A stretch of DNA of 32,000 bases from Candidatus Arthromitus sp. SFB-rat-Yit (GCF_000283555.1 NC_016012.1:1410001-1442000); one strand, 5' to 3'. Shown: positions 17,835 to 27,211, counted from the stretch's first letter. Notes: a model not told the origin generated them from the letters alone. A program made the numbers and translations.

Positions 17835-18944
17835 CTATAATTCTATCTGTTTATCCTTTCTTACAGCTAAATCATATAAATTATCTTTAAACATTTCATG
17901 TATAGTTGTTCTTATAGCTCTAGCTCCAAGAGGATGATTCAAACACCTCTTTACAATATCTTCAACTATTTTCCTTTTTATCTTTATGGATTTGCCCATT
18001 AAACTAAAATAATTCACAACTTCCCGTTCAAGTTCTTTTTCTGTTATAGTTGTTAAATTTTCTTTAGTTAGTGCATTTAAACACACGATTAATGGAAATC
18101 TTCCTATAAATTCACTAAGTATTCCATAATTAATAACATCTTCAAGTTTAACATGACGCCTTAAATCATCATTTTGTGAATCATAATTATAATTAACATT
18201 TTCCTTAAAACCAAATATTTTCTTAAAACTTCTCTCTCTCACATATCTCTCAATACCTGTAAATGCTCCTCCACCTATAAAAAGAATATTTTTTGTATCT
18301 ACCTCTATTGTTTCATTATCATCCGTTTGTACCCGAACTATAGTACCCTCGAGCATCTTTAAAAGGTTTTGCTGAACTCCTTCCCCAGACACATCTCTCG
18401 CTTCCCCATTTTGAGAGCTTTTCGATATTTTATCTATCTCATCTATAAATACAATTCCATATTCTGCACGTTTAACATCACCATTAGCCTCTTTAAGTAA
18501 ACTTTTTATAATATCGTATACATTTAATCCCACATATCCAACTTGAGTATAAGCTGTAATATCAACTTCAACAAATGGAAGCTTAACTATTTCAGATAAA
18601 CTTTTAATAAGGAGAGTCTTACCACTACCACTCGGACCTATAAGCATGATATTTCCCTTATTTAAATTTATTATATTTGAATTTTTGATTCTAAGTATGT
18701 GCCTATATATTTCAAAAGACAATACCTTCTTTGCATAATCCTGTCCTATGACTTTTTTATCAAGCTCTCTTTTTATTTCATTTGGGTATATTATATCTAC
18801 TTGCACCTCTGATAACTCACTAAAAAATAATAACTCACAATCTCTGCAAAGAACCAAATCACTATTATTAGAATCATTTCTCACAACATATGTTTCAGTT
18901 TCTTTAAGACAACACATGCATTTTTTCATAACCATATACCCCAT
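17835..18944 (-). CDS. ClpX-family AAA+ ATPase, short divergent paralogue
   Basis: N-terminal C4 zinc ribbon CMCC-x20-CRDC. VIGQDYAKKVLS. Walker A GPSGSGKT. Pore-1 GYVG. Walker B VFIDEIDK. RDVSGEGVQQNLLKMLEG. LFIGGGAF. Sensor-2 GARAIR. Only 364-369 aa. Three closely spaced ATGs (18944, 18935, 18929), so the start is ambiguous. Confidence 0.75.
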   Translation of the reverse strand: MGYMVMKKCMCCLKETETYVVRNDSNNSDLVLCRDCELLFFSELSEVQVDIIYPNEIKRELDKKVIGQDYAKKVLSFEIYRHILRIKNSNIINLNKGNIMLIGPSGSGKTLLIKSLSEIVKLPFVEVDITAYTQVGYVGLNVYDIIKSLLKEANGDVKRAEYGIVFIDEIDKISKSSQNGEARDVSGEGVQQNLLKMLEGTIVRVQTDDNETIEVDTKNILFIGGGAFTGIERYVRERSFKKIFGFKENVNYNYDSQNDDLRRHVKLEDVINYGILSEFIGRFPLIVCLNALTKENLTTITEKELEREVVNYFSLMGKSIKIKRKIVEDIVKRCLNHPLGARAIRTTIHEMFKDNLYDLAVRKDKQIEL

Positions 18945-19025
18945 AAAATTAAATCTCTTAAAAATTAATATTTATTATGCTCAATTAAACATATTTTAAA
19001 CAAATTAAATGGTTGTTAAAAAACT

Positions 19026-19054
19026 TTTACAATACCTTTTCAAAAAGCTATTAT
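19026..19054 (+). promoter_or_regulatory. Putative sigma-A promoter of the rbsKDACB operon
   Basis: TTTACA-17 nt-TATTAT, 22 nt upstream of the rbsK ATG at 19076. Confidence 0.4.
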
Positions 19055-19075
19055 TATATTGAGGATGTGATTTTT

Positions 19076-20005
19076 ATGAATAAAATATGTGTTATTGGAA
19101 GTTTAAACATGGACCTAGTTTTGAAAATTAACGATATACCAAAGGTTGGAGAAACTATACTATCCAAATCATATGAAAAAATAGCTGGTGGTAAGGGAGC
19201 AAATCAGGCTATTGCTGCTAAAAGATGCGGCGCTGATGTATCCATGATAGCTAAAATAGGAAAAGATGAAAATGGTAAGATACTAAGAGAAAAGCTTAAA
19301 GAAGAAAACATAGATGTAACTTGTATTTTTAAAGATGACCAAGATCCAACTGGACTTGCTTTAATCATGGTAAATAAAAATGGAAATAATTCAATAGTAG
19401 TTGTTCCTGGTTCAAATATGAACATTACTGATAAAGAGATTGATAACTCAATTTCAAAAATTATAAACTCAGATATACTAATAGCACAATTTGAAACAAA
19501 TGAAAATATGACTTTAAAATCATTTCAAAAAGCTAAGGAGTTTAATAAAACAACTATATTAAACCCAGCACCAGCAAAAAAAATAGATGAAAAACTTTTA
19601 AAGTTAACAGATATCATAATACCAAACGAAACAGAAGCTGAAATTTTAACAGGAATTAAAATAAATTCTATTGATGATGCAAAGAAAGCAGGAGAATTTT
19701 TCTTAAATAAAGGTGTTAAATTTTCAGTAATTACCCTTGGGGAAAAGGGAGCTCTAATTGTAGGAAGAAATTTCCATGAACTAGTACATGCGTTTAAAGT
19801 AAATGCAGTAGATACAACCGCAGCTGGTGATAGTTTTATAGGCGCTTTATCCTCAAAATTAAATTTTAAAAATCTAAATCGAGAAACATTAAAAGATGCT
19901 GTAAGTTTTGGGAATAAAGTATCTTCTATAACTGTTCAAAGAAAAGGTGCTCAACCATCCATACCTTATCTTGAAGAAATAAAAAAGATTTATAAGGAGA
20001 ATTGA
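19076..20005 (+). CDS. rbsK: Ribokinase
   Basis: VIGSLNMDLV, GGKGANQA, PfkB signature DTTAAGDSFIGAL. The ATG at 19076 (MNKICVIG) has GAGGA upstream. The track start at 19013 would lie upstream of the predicted promoter. Confidence 0.87.
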   Translation: MNKICVIGSLNMDLVLKINDIPKVGETILSKSYEKIAGGKGANQAIAAKRCGADVSMIAKIGKDENGKILREKLKEENIDVTCIFKDDQDPTGLALIMVNKNGNNSIVVVPGSNMNITDKEIDNSISKIINSDILIAQFETNENMTLKSFQKAKEFNKTTILNPAPAKKIDEKLLKLTDIIIPNETEAEILTGIKINSIDDAKKAGEFFLNKGVKFSVITLGEKGALIVGRNFHELVHAFKVNAVDTTAAGDSFIGALSSKLNFKNLNRETLKDAVSFGNKVSSITVQRKGAQPSIPYLEEIKKIYKEN

Positions 20006-20008
20006 TTT

Positions 20009-20404
20009 ATGAAAAAAACATGCTTGTTAAATAGTAAAATAAGTTCAGTAATTTCAAAAATGGGGCATACAGACATGATTGCTATAGGTGATTGTGGATT
20101 ACCTATTCCAAAAGAAAGTAAAAGAATAGATTTAGCGTTAACTAAAGGTATTCCAAGTTTTCTAGATACATTAAAAGTTACTCTTACAGAATTAAAAGTA
20201 GAAGAAATTATAATAGCTAAAGAAACAAAAGATGTAAGCCCTTATATATTCAGCGAAATTGAAAATTTAGTTGGAGATGTCAAAATAACATTTGTATCTC
20301 ATGAAAATTTTAAAATGAATTTGAAAGAATGCAAAGCCATAATAAGGACAGGAGAACAAACACCATATGCAAATATAATTTTAAAATCAGGAGTTGTATT
20401 TTAA
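20009..20404 (+). CDS. rbsD: D-ribose pyranase
   Basis: 131 aa. [34 protein letters not shown] matches the RbsD N-terminal pattern (GHxD..I.DAGLPIP). Lies between rbsK and rbsA. Confidence 0.85.
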   Translation: MKKTCLLNSKISSVISKMGHTDMIAIGDCGLPIPKESKRIDLALTKGIPSFLDTLKVTLTELKVEEIIIAKETKDVSPYIFSEIENLVGDVKITFVSHENFKMNLKECKAIIRTGEQTPYANIILKSGVVF

Positions 20405-20428
20405 TTAAAAAATAAGGAAGGTTTTGAT

Positions 20429-21931
20429 ATGAATACAAGAACCCCAATGCTAAAAATGGAAGGTGTTTCTAAAATATTTCCTCAAGTAAAGGCACTAGAC
20501 AACATAAACATAACCGCCTATAAAGGAGAAGTAACCGCCCTAATGGGAGAAAATGGTGCTGGAAAGTCAACATTAATGAAAATATTAAGTGGAGTATATC
20601 AAAAAGATGAAGGGAAAATTTTTATCGAAGGTGAAGAAGTTCAAATAAAAAATATAAAGTCTGCTGAAGAACATGGTGTAACAATAATACATCAAGAAAT
20701 GAGTCTTATTAATAATTTAACCATAGCTGAAAACATTTTCCTTGGTAATGAAAAATTCAATAAATACTCAAGAAATATAAATAAAAAACTACTTAAAGAA
20801 AGAAGCACGCTATTCCTAAATCAAATAGGATGTAATTTACATCCAGATAGATTAATAAGCAGTATAACTGTTGGAGAAAAACAAATGGTTGAAATTTCAA
20901 AAGCTTTAACTAAAAACGCAAGAATTATAATAATGGATGAACCAACAACTGCTTTAACAAAAGTCGAAACTGAAAATCTATTTAAGGTTATAGAAAATTT
21001 AAAAAAGAAAGGCATAGCAATCATTTATATATCGCACAGGATGGAAGAAATATTTTCAATATGTGATAGAGTTGAGGTTTTAAGAGATGGAAAATATGTT
21101 GGAAATGCCATGATAAAAGATATTGACAACAATAAATTAATTTCAATGATGGTTGGGAGAACAATCGAAGATCAATTTCCATACAGAGAAACAAAAAAAG
21201 GAAATGTATTACTTGAGGTTTCAAACTTAACCTCAAAATCTGGAGTTAACAATGTATCTTTTAATGTTAAAGAAGGAGAAATAGTTGGTATTGCTGGGCT
21301 TATGGGGGCTGGAAGAACTGAGCTTGCAAAAACTATATTTGGGTATTACAAAAAAGAAAATGGAACTATTAAGTTAAAAAACAAAGAAATAAATATCAAA
21401 AATATTCAACAAGCCATTAATAATGGTATCTGCTATTTATCAGAAGATAGAAAGAAAGAAGGATGTGTACTTGGATTATCTGTCGGAGATAACATGATAC
21501 TATCAAATTTATCTAAGTACGAAAATACCCTTAAAATTATAAACAAGACAAGAGCAAAAAAAGATATCGACTTCTATATAAAGAAACTCAATATTAAAAC
21601 CCCAAATAAAGATCAATTAATCAAAAATTTAAGTGGGGGTAATCAACAAAAAGTAATACTCGCTAAATGGCTTCTTCTATCGCCAGATATTCTTATAATA
21701 GATGAACCAACAAGAGGAATAGACGTAGGAGCTAAGAGAGAAATATACGAATTATTAAATGAGCTTAAAGAATCCGGTAAAGCTATAATAATGATTTCTT
21801 CAGACTTACCTGAAGTCTTAGGTATAAGTGATAGAATTCTAGTAATGAGTGAAGGTAAAATTACGGGTGAATTAAGTCGTAAAGAAGCAACTCAAGAAAA
21901 AATTATGAAATTATCAGTTGGCATTAATTAA
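20429..21931 (+). CDS. rbsA: Ribose ABC transporter ATP-binding protein (duplicated ABC domains)
   Basis: 500 aa. Walker [10 protein letters not shown] in the first domain and a degenerate GLMGAGRTE in the second. LSGGNQQK signature. [14 protein letters not shown]. Confidence 0.9.
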   Translation: MNTRTPMLKMEGVSKIFPQVKALDNINITAYKGEVTALMGENGAGKSTLMKILSGVYQKDEGKIFIEGEEVQIKNIKSAEEHGVTIIHQEMSLINNLTIAENIFLGNEKFNKYSRNINKKLLKERSTLFLNQIGCNLHPDRLISSITVGEKQMVEISKALTKNARIIIMDEPTTALTKVETENLFKVIENLKKKGIAIIYISHRMEEIFSICDRVEVLRDGKYVGNAMIKDIDNNKLISMMVGRTIEDQFPYRETKKGNVLLEVSNLTSKSGVNNVSFNVKEGEIVGIAGLMGAGRTELAKTIFGYYKKENGTIKLKNKEINIKNIQQAINNGICYLSEDRKKEGCVLGLSVGDNMILSNLSKYENTLKIINKTRAKKDIDFYIKKLNIKTPNKDQLIKNLSGGNQQKVILAKWLLLSPDILIIDEPTRGIDVGAKREIYELLNELKESGKAIIMISSDLPEVLGISDRILVMSEGKITGELSRKEATQEKIMKLSVGIN

Positions 21932-21949
21932 TATTTGGAGGAATTAAAA

Positions 21950-22888
21950 ATGAACAATAATTTTAAAGAAATGCTAGATAAATATAAGTCTCTTATAGGC
22001 TTAATTATTTTATGCATTGTAATAACTATAGTATCACCCGCATTCATGACCTTATCTAACATAACAAATATTTTTACTCAGGTTTCAACAAATGCAATAA
22101 TTGCAATCGGTATGACATTTGTTATTTTAACTGGAGGCATAGACTTATCTGTTGGATCAACCGTTGCAATAAGCGGTGCTTTAGCAGCATCTATACTAAA
22201 ATCAACAAATAATATTCCCTTAGCAATTTTAGTTGCATCTATAACAGGTATAATAATCGGATTAATTAATGGTGTGTTAATATCAAAAGGTAAATTACAA
22301 GCATTTATCGTAACACTTGCAACCATGACAATATTTAGAGGAGCAACTCTAGTATTTACAAACGGTACTCCAATATCAAAATTGTCAGAGGCTTTCGTAA
22401 AAATTGGTAATGGAAAAATAGGGATAATTCCTATTCCCCTAATTATCACCATAGTAGTTTTTATCATATCAGTATATCTCCTAACTCAAACAAGATTTGG
22501 AAGATATTTATATGCTCTAGGTGGAAATGAAGATTCAGCAAAACTTTCAGGAATAAACACAAATAGAATTAAAACTCTTGTTTATGTTATATCTGGTTTC
22601 GCTTCATCAATCGCAGGAATTATAATTACTAGTAGAATAGGTTCTGCTTCCCCAAATGCTGGGACAAGTTTTGAGCTAGATGCAATAGCTGCTGTTGTTA
22701 TTGGTGGTACATCATTATCTGGTGGAGAAGGAAAAATCACCGGTACTATCATAGGTGCTCTTATCATTGGAGTATTAAACAACGGATTAAACCTAATGAA
22801 CGTATCTCCATTCTACCAATCAATCGTAAAAGGTTTGGTTATTTTAATAGCTGTATTATTAGACAAAAAAAGTAGAAAGAAAGCATGA
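21950..22888 (+). CDS. rbsC: Ribose ABC transporter permease
   Basis: Polytopic membrane protein with GGIDLSVGS and the RbsC-type pattern FGRYLYALGGNEDSAKLSGIN. The ATG at 21950 is preceded by GGAGG. The track's TTG at 21935 lies in the RBS. Confidence 0.9.
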   Translation: MNNNFKEMLDKYKSLIGLIILCIVITIVSPAFMTLSNITNIFTQVSTNAIIAIGMTFVILTGGIDLSVGSTVAISGALAASILKSTNNIPLAILVASITGIIIGLINGVLISKGKLQAFIVTLATMTIFRGATLVFTNGTPISKLSEAFVKIGNGKIGIIPIPLIITIVVFIISVYLLTQTRFGRYLYALGGNEDSAKLSGINTNRIKTLVYVISGFASSIAGIIITSRIGSASPNAGTSFELDAIAAVVIGGTSLSGGEGKITGTIIGALIIGVLNNGLNLMNVSPFYQSIVKGLVILIAVLLDKKSRKKA

Positions 22889-22911
22889 TTTCAAAGTAAG
22901 GAGGAGATAAT

Positions 22912-23814
22912 ATGAGATCTTTTAAAAAAATATTATCTTTAAGTTTAATAGCTTTTTTAATGATTGGAATTTTTGTGAGTTGCTCAAGAAAAACAGATGT
23001 CAGGAAAATAGGATTAGTATTATCAACATTAAACAATCCTTTCTTTGTAAGCATGAAAGATGGAGCTGAGAAGAAAGCAAACGAACTTGGATATAAATTA
23101 ATCGTTCTAGATTCTCAAAACGATCCAGTAAAAGAGAGGTCAAATATTGAAGATTTAATTCAACTAAATGTTGAAGCCTTATTAATAAACCCAACTGATA
23201 GTGATGCAGTTATTAAAGCTATCGAAGTTGCAAATCAAAGTAACATTCCAGTAATAACCTTAGATAGGCAATCAAATGGCGGTAAAATAACAACACACAT
23301 AGCTTCCGATAACATTAAAGGTGGGGCAATGGCTGGAGAATTTGTTCTAGAAAAATTTGGTAACCAAAATATAAATATAGTAGAAATTCAAGGTATTCCG
23401 GGAGCATCAGCGACGAGAGATAGAGGTAATGGTTTTCATAGTGTATTAGATGATAAATCAAATGTAAAATTTATATCAAGTCAAGCAGCAGATTTCGATA
23501 GACAAAAAGGGCTTTCTGTTATGGAAAATATAATACAAGGCAACAAAGATATTCAAGTTGTATTTGCTCATAATGATGAAATGGCACTTGGTGCTGCAAA
23601 AGCAATAAGAGCAAATAATATAGATGCTGTTGTTATAGGTTTTGATGGAGGAGATGATGCTCTAGAAGCTATTGAAAGTAATGAAATGCAAGCAACAGTT
23701 GCACAACAGCCAAATTTAATAGGAGAACTTGGAATACAAATCGCAGATAAAATATACAACAAAGAAAGCGTTGATAAAGAAATTGCTGCAGATCTAAAAA
23801 TAGTAACCAAATAA
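22912..23814 (+). CDS. rbsB: Ribose-binding lipoprotein (periplasmic-binding-protein type I)
   Basis: Signal peptide with lipobox (LMIGIFVSC). LSTLNNPFFVSMKDGA, ITLDRQ, FAHNDEMALGA, GFDG and ATVAQQP match RbsB-family patterns. Confidence 0.87.
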   Translation: MRSFKKILSLSLIAFLMIGIFVSCSRKTDVRKIGLVLSTLNNPFFVSMKDGAEKKANELGYKLIVLDSQNDPVKERSNIEDLIQLNVEALLINPTDSDAVIKAIEVANQSNIPVITLDRQSNGGKITTHIASDNIKGGAMAGEFVLEKFGNQNINIVEIQGIPGASATRDRGNGFHSVLDDKSNVKFISSQAADFDRQKGLSVMENIIQGNKDIQVVFAHNDEMALGAAKAIRANNIDAVVIGFDGGDDALEAIESNEMQATVAQQPNLIGELGIQIADKIYNKESVDKEIAADLKIVTK

Positions 23815-23819
23815 ACAGA

Positions 23820-23848
23820 AGGATAGTATGAAATATACTATCCTTTTT
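23820..23848 (+). terminator. Intrinsic terminator after rbsB (probably also serves convergent hsdS)
   Basis: AGGATAGTAT-gaaat-ATACTATCCT followed by TTTT. On the minus strand the same hairpin is followed by TCTGTTTATTT. It lies 5 nt after the rbsB stop and 12 nt before the hsdS stop. Confidence 0.7.
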
Positions 23849-23859
23849 AGTTTTATAAC

Positions 23860-25086
23860 TTATGAAATACTTTTAAAAGTAAGTAGCTTGTCCCTATAGT
23901 ATTCGTATTGTTTTTGTCTTGCGGAAATTTCTGCAGGGAGTCCCTCAGTTAAATCGTTACAAAGCTTATCAAATCTATCAAGGATTGAAACTATTCTTTG
24001 TTGTTCTTTGAGTGGTGGGATTGGGATTTTTGTTTTTAATATGTTATCATTGTAAAGTCTTGCAATTGTTCCACCTGTTGATATTTTCCAAGGTTTTTTT
24101 TGATAATAATGCCATAAATACTTATTAATAACTTTTGAATTATCATGCTCAAGCCAAACAATATTTGAATCTTGAAAATACGATGGTTTACCATCAAACT
24201 CAACACTTTTACCTATAGTACCTGAACAAGAAATTAAAATATCTCCTTTCTTAGGATATGGGAAAATTGATATATATTTTTCAAATAAATCTTTTGAAAT
24301 ATATGCATCTGCTTGTTTTCCAAAAGTACCTATTTTATAAAATGGTACATCTCCAATAGTACTTGTTTGTTCTTTTAAAATACGTTTACACATTTTTACT
24401 TTCCCAATTTCTCCAAGCTCTCTCCACTCAACTCCATCACCAAACGTAAGCAACTTATCTCTATAATACTCATACTGTTTTCTTCTTGCTGTAAGCTCAG
24501 TCTTAAGATTTTCTATAAGTTCTGTAGTAATATTTGTAAACGAATCTAAAATATGTACAATCTCTTTTTGCACTTCTAGGGGTGGAATTGGGATCAAATA
24601 ATTCTCAAATCTTTTTTTGTCAAGCGATGGAACAGCACCACTCCCATTAGCAAAGTCCATTAAAGAAATACCACTTAGAAAATAAAATAGAAATGAAGAA
24701 TTAATTTTTTTTGCTATAATTCCCATAATATTATTATCATAACAAGATTCTTTTGATAGTATCCTTTTCTTATTTGTAACCATCGTTGCACCAACTTTTG
24801 GAAATATGATTGTTCCTTTAGGTGCTGGCTTGCATTTTAATTTATTTGCGGTTTCTCTACTAACATAATTATTCGCTGTCTCCATATACATAAGTGAATT
24901 ATTCATATCTGCTACTTTATAAAATGGATAATATCCATTTAAATTTCCTTGTTCGATTGATGGAAATAACCATCCGGCTCTGAATTCAACAACCTCACCG
25001 ATTTTTTTAAATTCAACCCCATCAGGACAAAATTCTTTTATCAATTTATCAAGTTTACTCAATCTCATATCCTCCATTTTCCTCAT
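23860..25086 (-). CDS. hsdS: Type I restriction-modification system specificity subunit HsdS (stand-alone)
   Basis: Two variable target-recognition halves. Each ends in IPIPPL(E/K)xQxxIVxILDxF and is followed by a coiled-coil conserved region, TARRKQYEYYRDKLLTF or SARQKQYEYYRDKLLTF. The track's TTG at 25134 lies inside the predicted promoter. ATGs at 25086, 25077 and 25068 are all possible, and SD spacing is poor for each. Confidence 0.85.
   Translation of the reverse strand: MRKMEDMRLSKLDKLIKEFCPDGVEFKKIGEVVEFRAGWLFPSIEQGNLNGYYPFYKVADMNNSLMYMETANNYVSRETANKLKCKPAPKGTIIFPKVGATMVTNKKRILSKESCYDNNIMGIIAKKINSSFLFYFLSGISLMDFANGSGAVPSLDKKRFENYLIPIPPLEVQKEIVHILDSFTNITTELIENLKTELTARRKQYEYYRDKLLTFGDGVEWRELGEIGKVKMCKRILKEQTSTIGDVPFYKIGTFGKQADAYISKDLFEKYISIFPYPKKGDILISCSGTIGKSVEFDGKPSYFQDSNIVWLEHDNSKVINKYLWHYYQKKPWKISTGGTIARLYNDNILKTKIPIPPLKEQQRIVSILDRFDKLCNDLTEGLPAEISARQKQYEYYRDKLLTFKSIS
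23875..23922 (-). repeat. hsdS C-terminal conserved-region repeat copy
   Basis: A 48-nt segment encoding (A)RQKQYEYYRDKLLTF. Direct repeat of 24442..24489, 37/48 identical by hand alignment. Confidence 0.8.
24442..24489 (-). repeat. hsdS central conserved-region repeat copy
   Basis: A 48-nt segment encoding (A)RRKQYEYYRDKLLTF, lying 567 nt (189 codons) from its partner. Confidence 0.8.
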
Positions 25087-25119
25087 TTCCCCTTCAAACG
25101 TAATTAATCCACTATAAAA

Positions 25120-25147
25120 ATTATAACTTTTCAATTTTACATAACAA
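25120..25147 (-). promoter_or_regulatory. Putative dedicated promoter for hsdS
   Basis: Minus strand reads TTGTTA-16 nt-TATAAT (perfect -10), immediately downstream of the lysS terminator and about 35 nt upstream of the first plausible hsdS ATG. Confidence 0.45.
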
Positions 25148-25177
25148 AAACCCCTAAAAAGTCATTTACTTTCTAGG
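25143..25177 (-). terminator. Intrinsic terminator after lysS
   Basis: Minus strand reads CCTAGAAAGT-aaatg-ACTTTTTAGG (10 bp with one G-U pair) followed by GGTTTTTGTT. It starts 13 nt after the lysS stop. Confidence 0.6.
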
Positions 25178-25189
25178 AGCTATAATTTA

Positions 25190-26656
25190 TTATTTCAAAG
25201 GTTTCATTGTAGGGAATAATATTACATCTCTTATCGAATAAGAATTAGTCAAGAACATTACAATTCTATCAATTCCAATTCCAAGCCCTCCAGTTGGCGG
25301 CATACCATATTCAAGAGAATACATAAAATCCTCATCTATAGAATAAGCTTCGTCATCTCCAAGTTCACGATCAAGCTCTTGCTTTGAAAATCTCTCTCTT
25401 TGAACTATAGGATCATTAAGCTCTGAATATGCATTACATATTTCACGACCATATATAAATCCTTCAAATCTCTCTGTAAAATTCTCATCTCCCCTTTTCT
25501 TCTTTGTAAGTGGAGATATCTCAACAGGATAATCAATAATAAAAGTAGGTTGTATTAAATTATCCTCAACATATTTCTCAAACATAGCATTCAAAACTTC
25601 ACCTTTTGAACAATCCTTAAGATTCTTTTTAAATTCAAGATTATGCTCTTTTGCAATATTATAAGAATCTTCAAGCGTCAATGTATTAAAATCAACACCA
25701 GAGTATTCATAAACGGCATCAAGCATACTAATCCTTCTCCATGGGGGAGTAAAATCAATCTCTGTTCCTTGGTAATTAATTTTCATACTTCCACAAACTT
25801 TTAAACATACGCTAGATATTAAATCCTCTGTAAGTTTCATCATATCGTTATAATCCGAATACGCTTCATAAAGCTCAATCATAGTAAATTCTGGATTATG
25901 CTTTATATCAATTCCTTCATTTCTGAAGTTCTTTCCCATTTCATAAACTTTATCAAATCCTGAAACTATAAGCCTCTTTAAATAAAGTTCCGTTGCAATC
26001 CTCAAATACATATCCATATTTAAAGTATTGTGATGAGTTAAAAATGGACGTGCTGCAGCACCACCTGCAATCAATGAAAGTATAGGAGTTTCAGCTTCCA
26101 AATATCCTCTATTATCTAAAAATGAACGTATCTCAGATATTATTTTGCTTCTTTTTAGAAAAACATCTTTAACATCTTTATTCATTATTATATCTATTTC
26201 TCTATGTCTATATCTTAAATCTGGATCCGTTATACCATGAAACTTCTCTGGAAGAACTCTCAACGATTTTGATATTAAATTAATCTTTGAAACCCTTACA
26301 GTAATTTCTCCAACTTTAGTTTTAAATACTTCACCTTCAACCCATATAATATCACCTATATCATATGAAAAAACATTATCTAATACTTCTTTCCCTAATA
26401 TATCAATCTTTACAAAAATTTGAATCTGTCCTAAAGTATCCTGTATAGTTATAAATCCTGCTTTTCCTTGTCCTCTTTTAGTCATAATTCTCCCAGCAAG
26501 TTTTACAACTCTACCCTCATAATCTGAATAATTATCAATTATGCTCTTAGAATAATCTGTAACATCTACCTTATAAACGTTAAATGGATCCATTCCTCTT
26601 TCTTGAAGATCACTAAGTTTATTGCGACGTATAAGCTCTTGTTCATTAAATTCCAT
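25190..26656 (-). CDS. lysS: Lysine--tRNA ligase (class II)
   Basis: OB-fold N-domain, class II motifs ([19 protein letters not shown]). The ATG at 26656 ([14 protein letters not shown]) has AAGGGGAG 7 nt upstream. The track start at 26722 would overlap greA by 44 nt. Confidence 0.92.
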   Translation of the reverse strand: MEFNEQELIRRNKLSDLQERGMDPFNVYKVDVTDYSKSIIDNYSDYEGRVVKLAGRIMTKRGQGKAGFITIQDTLGQIQIFVKIDILGKEVLDNVFSYDIGDIIWVEGEVFKTKVGEITVRVSKINLISKSLRVLPEKFHGITDPDLRYRHREIDIIMNKDVKDVFLKRSKIISEIRSFLDNRGYLEAETPILSLIAGGAAARPFLTHHNTLNMDMYLRIATELYLKRLIVSGFDKVYEMGKNFRNEGIDIKHNPEFTMIELYEAYSDYNDMMKLTEDLISSVCLKVCGSMKINYQGTEIDFTPPWRRISMLDAVYEYSGVDFNTLTLEDSYNIAKEHNLEFKKNLKDCSKGEVLNAMFEKYVEDNLIQPTFIIDYPVEISPLTKKKRGDENFTERFEGFIYGREICNAYSELNDPIVQRERFSKQELDRELGDDEAYSIDEDFMYSLEYGMPPTGGLGIGIDRIVMFLTNSYSIRDVILFPTMKPLK

Positions 26657-26678
26657 TTCAACACTCCCCTTAAATTTT

Positions 26679-27167
26679 CTACTTCCTCTGTATTTTAATA
26701 ATTTTATATTTGCAATTTCCACCTGGAGTATTAACTATAAATTCCTCATCTACTTTTCTCCCTATAATCTCTGATCCAACAGGAGATTCATTTGATATCT
26801 TATTTTCAAAAGTATTAGTTTCAGCCGATCCAACTATTGTATATGTAACTTCTTCTTCAAATTCAAAATCGTATAATGTGACTACAGATCCAATGGATAC
26901 AACATCCGTTGAAATTTCACTTTCGTCTATAAGCTCAATATTTTTAAGTTTATTTTCTATTTCAGCAATTCTTCCCTCAACAAAAGCCTGTTCATTTTTC
27001 GCCTCGTCATACTCAGAATTCTCACTTAAATCTCCATATCCCCTAGCAACCTTAATCTTTTCTGTAACTTCTTTTCTTTTAATAGTTTTCAAATACTCAA
27101 GTTCTTCCTCTAATTTACGCAAACCATCATTAGTAATTAAATATTTCTTATCACTCATAAATTCCAT
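26679..27167 (-). CDS. greA: Transcription elongation factor GreA
   Basis: [56 protein letters not shown] is the canonical GreA coiled-coil with acidic tip. An alternative in-frame ATG exists at 27158. Confidence 0.92.
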   Translation of the reverse strand: MEFMSDKKYLITNDGLRKLEEELEYLKTIKRKEVTEKIKVARGYGDLSENSEYDEAKNEQAFVEGRIAEIENKLKNIELIDESEISTDVVSIGSVVTLYDFEFEEEVTYTIVGSAETNTFENKISNESPVGSEIIGRKVDEEFIVNTPGGNCKYKIIKIQRK

Positions 27168-27211
27168 CTTCTCCTTTAATAAAAAATTACTAATAAAAAA
27201 ACTATTTGATA

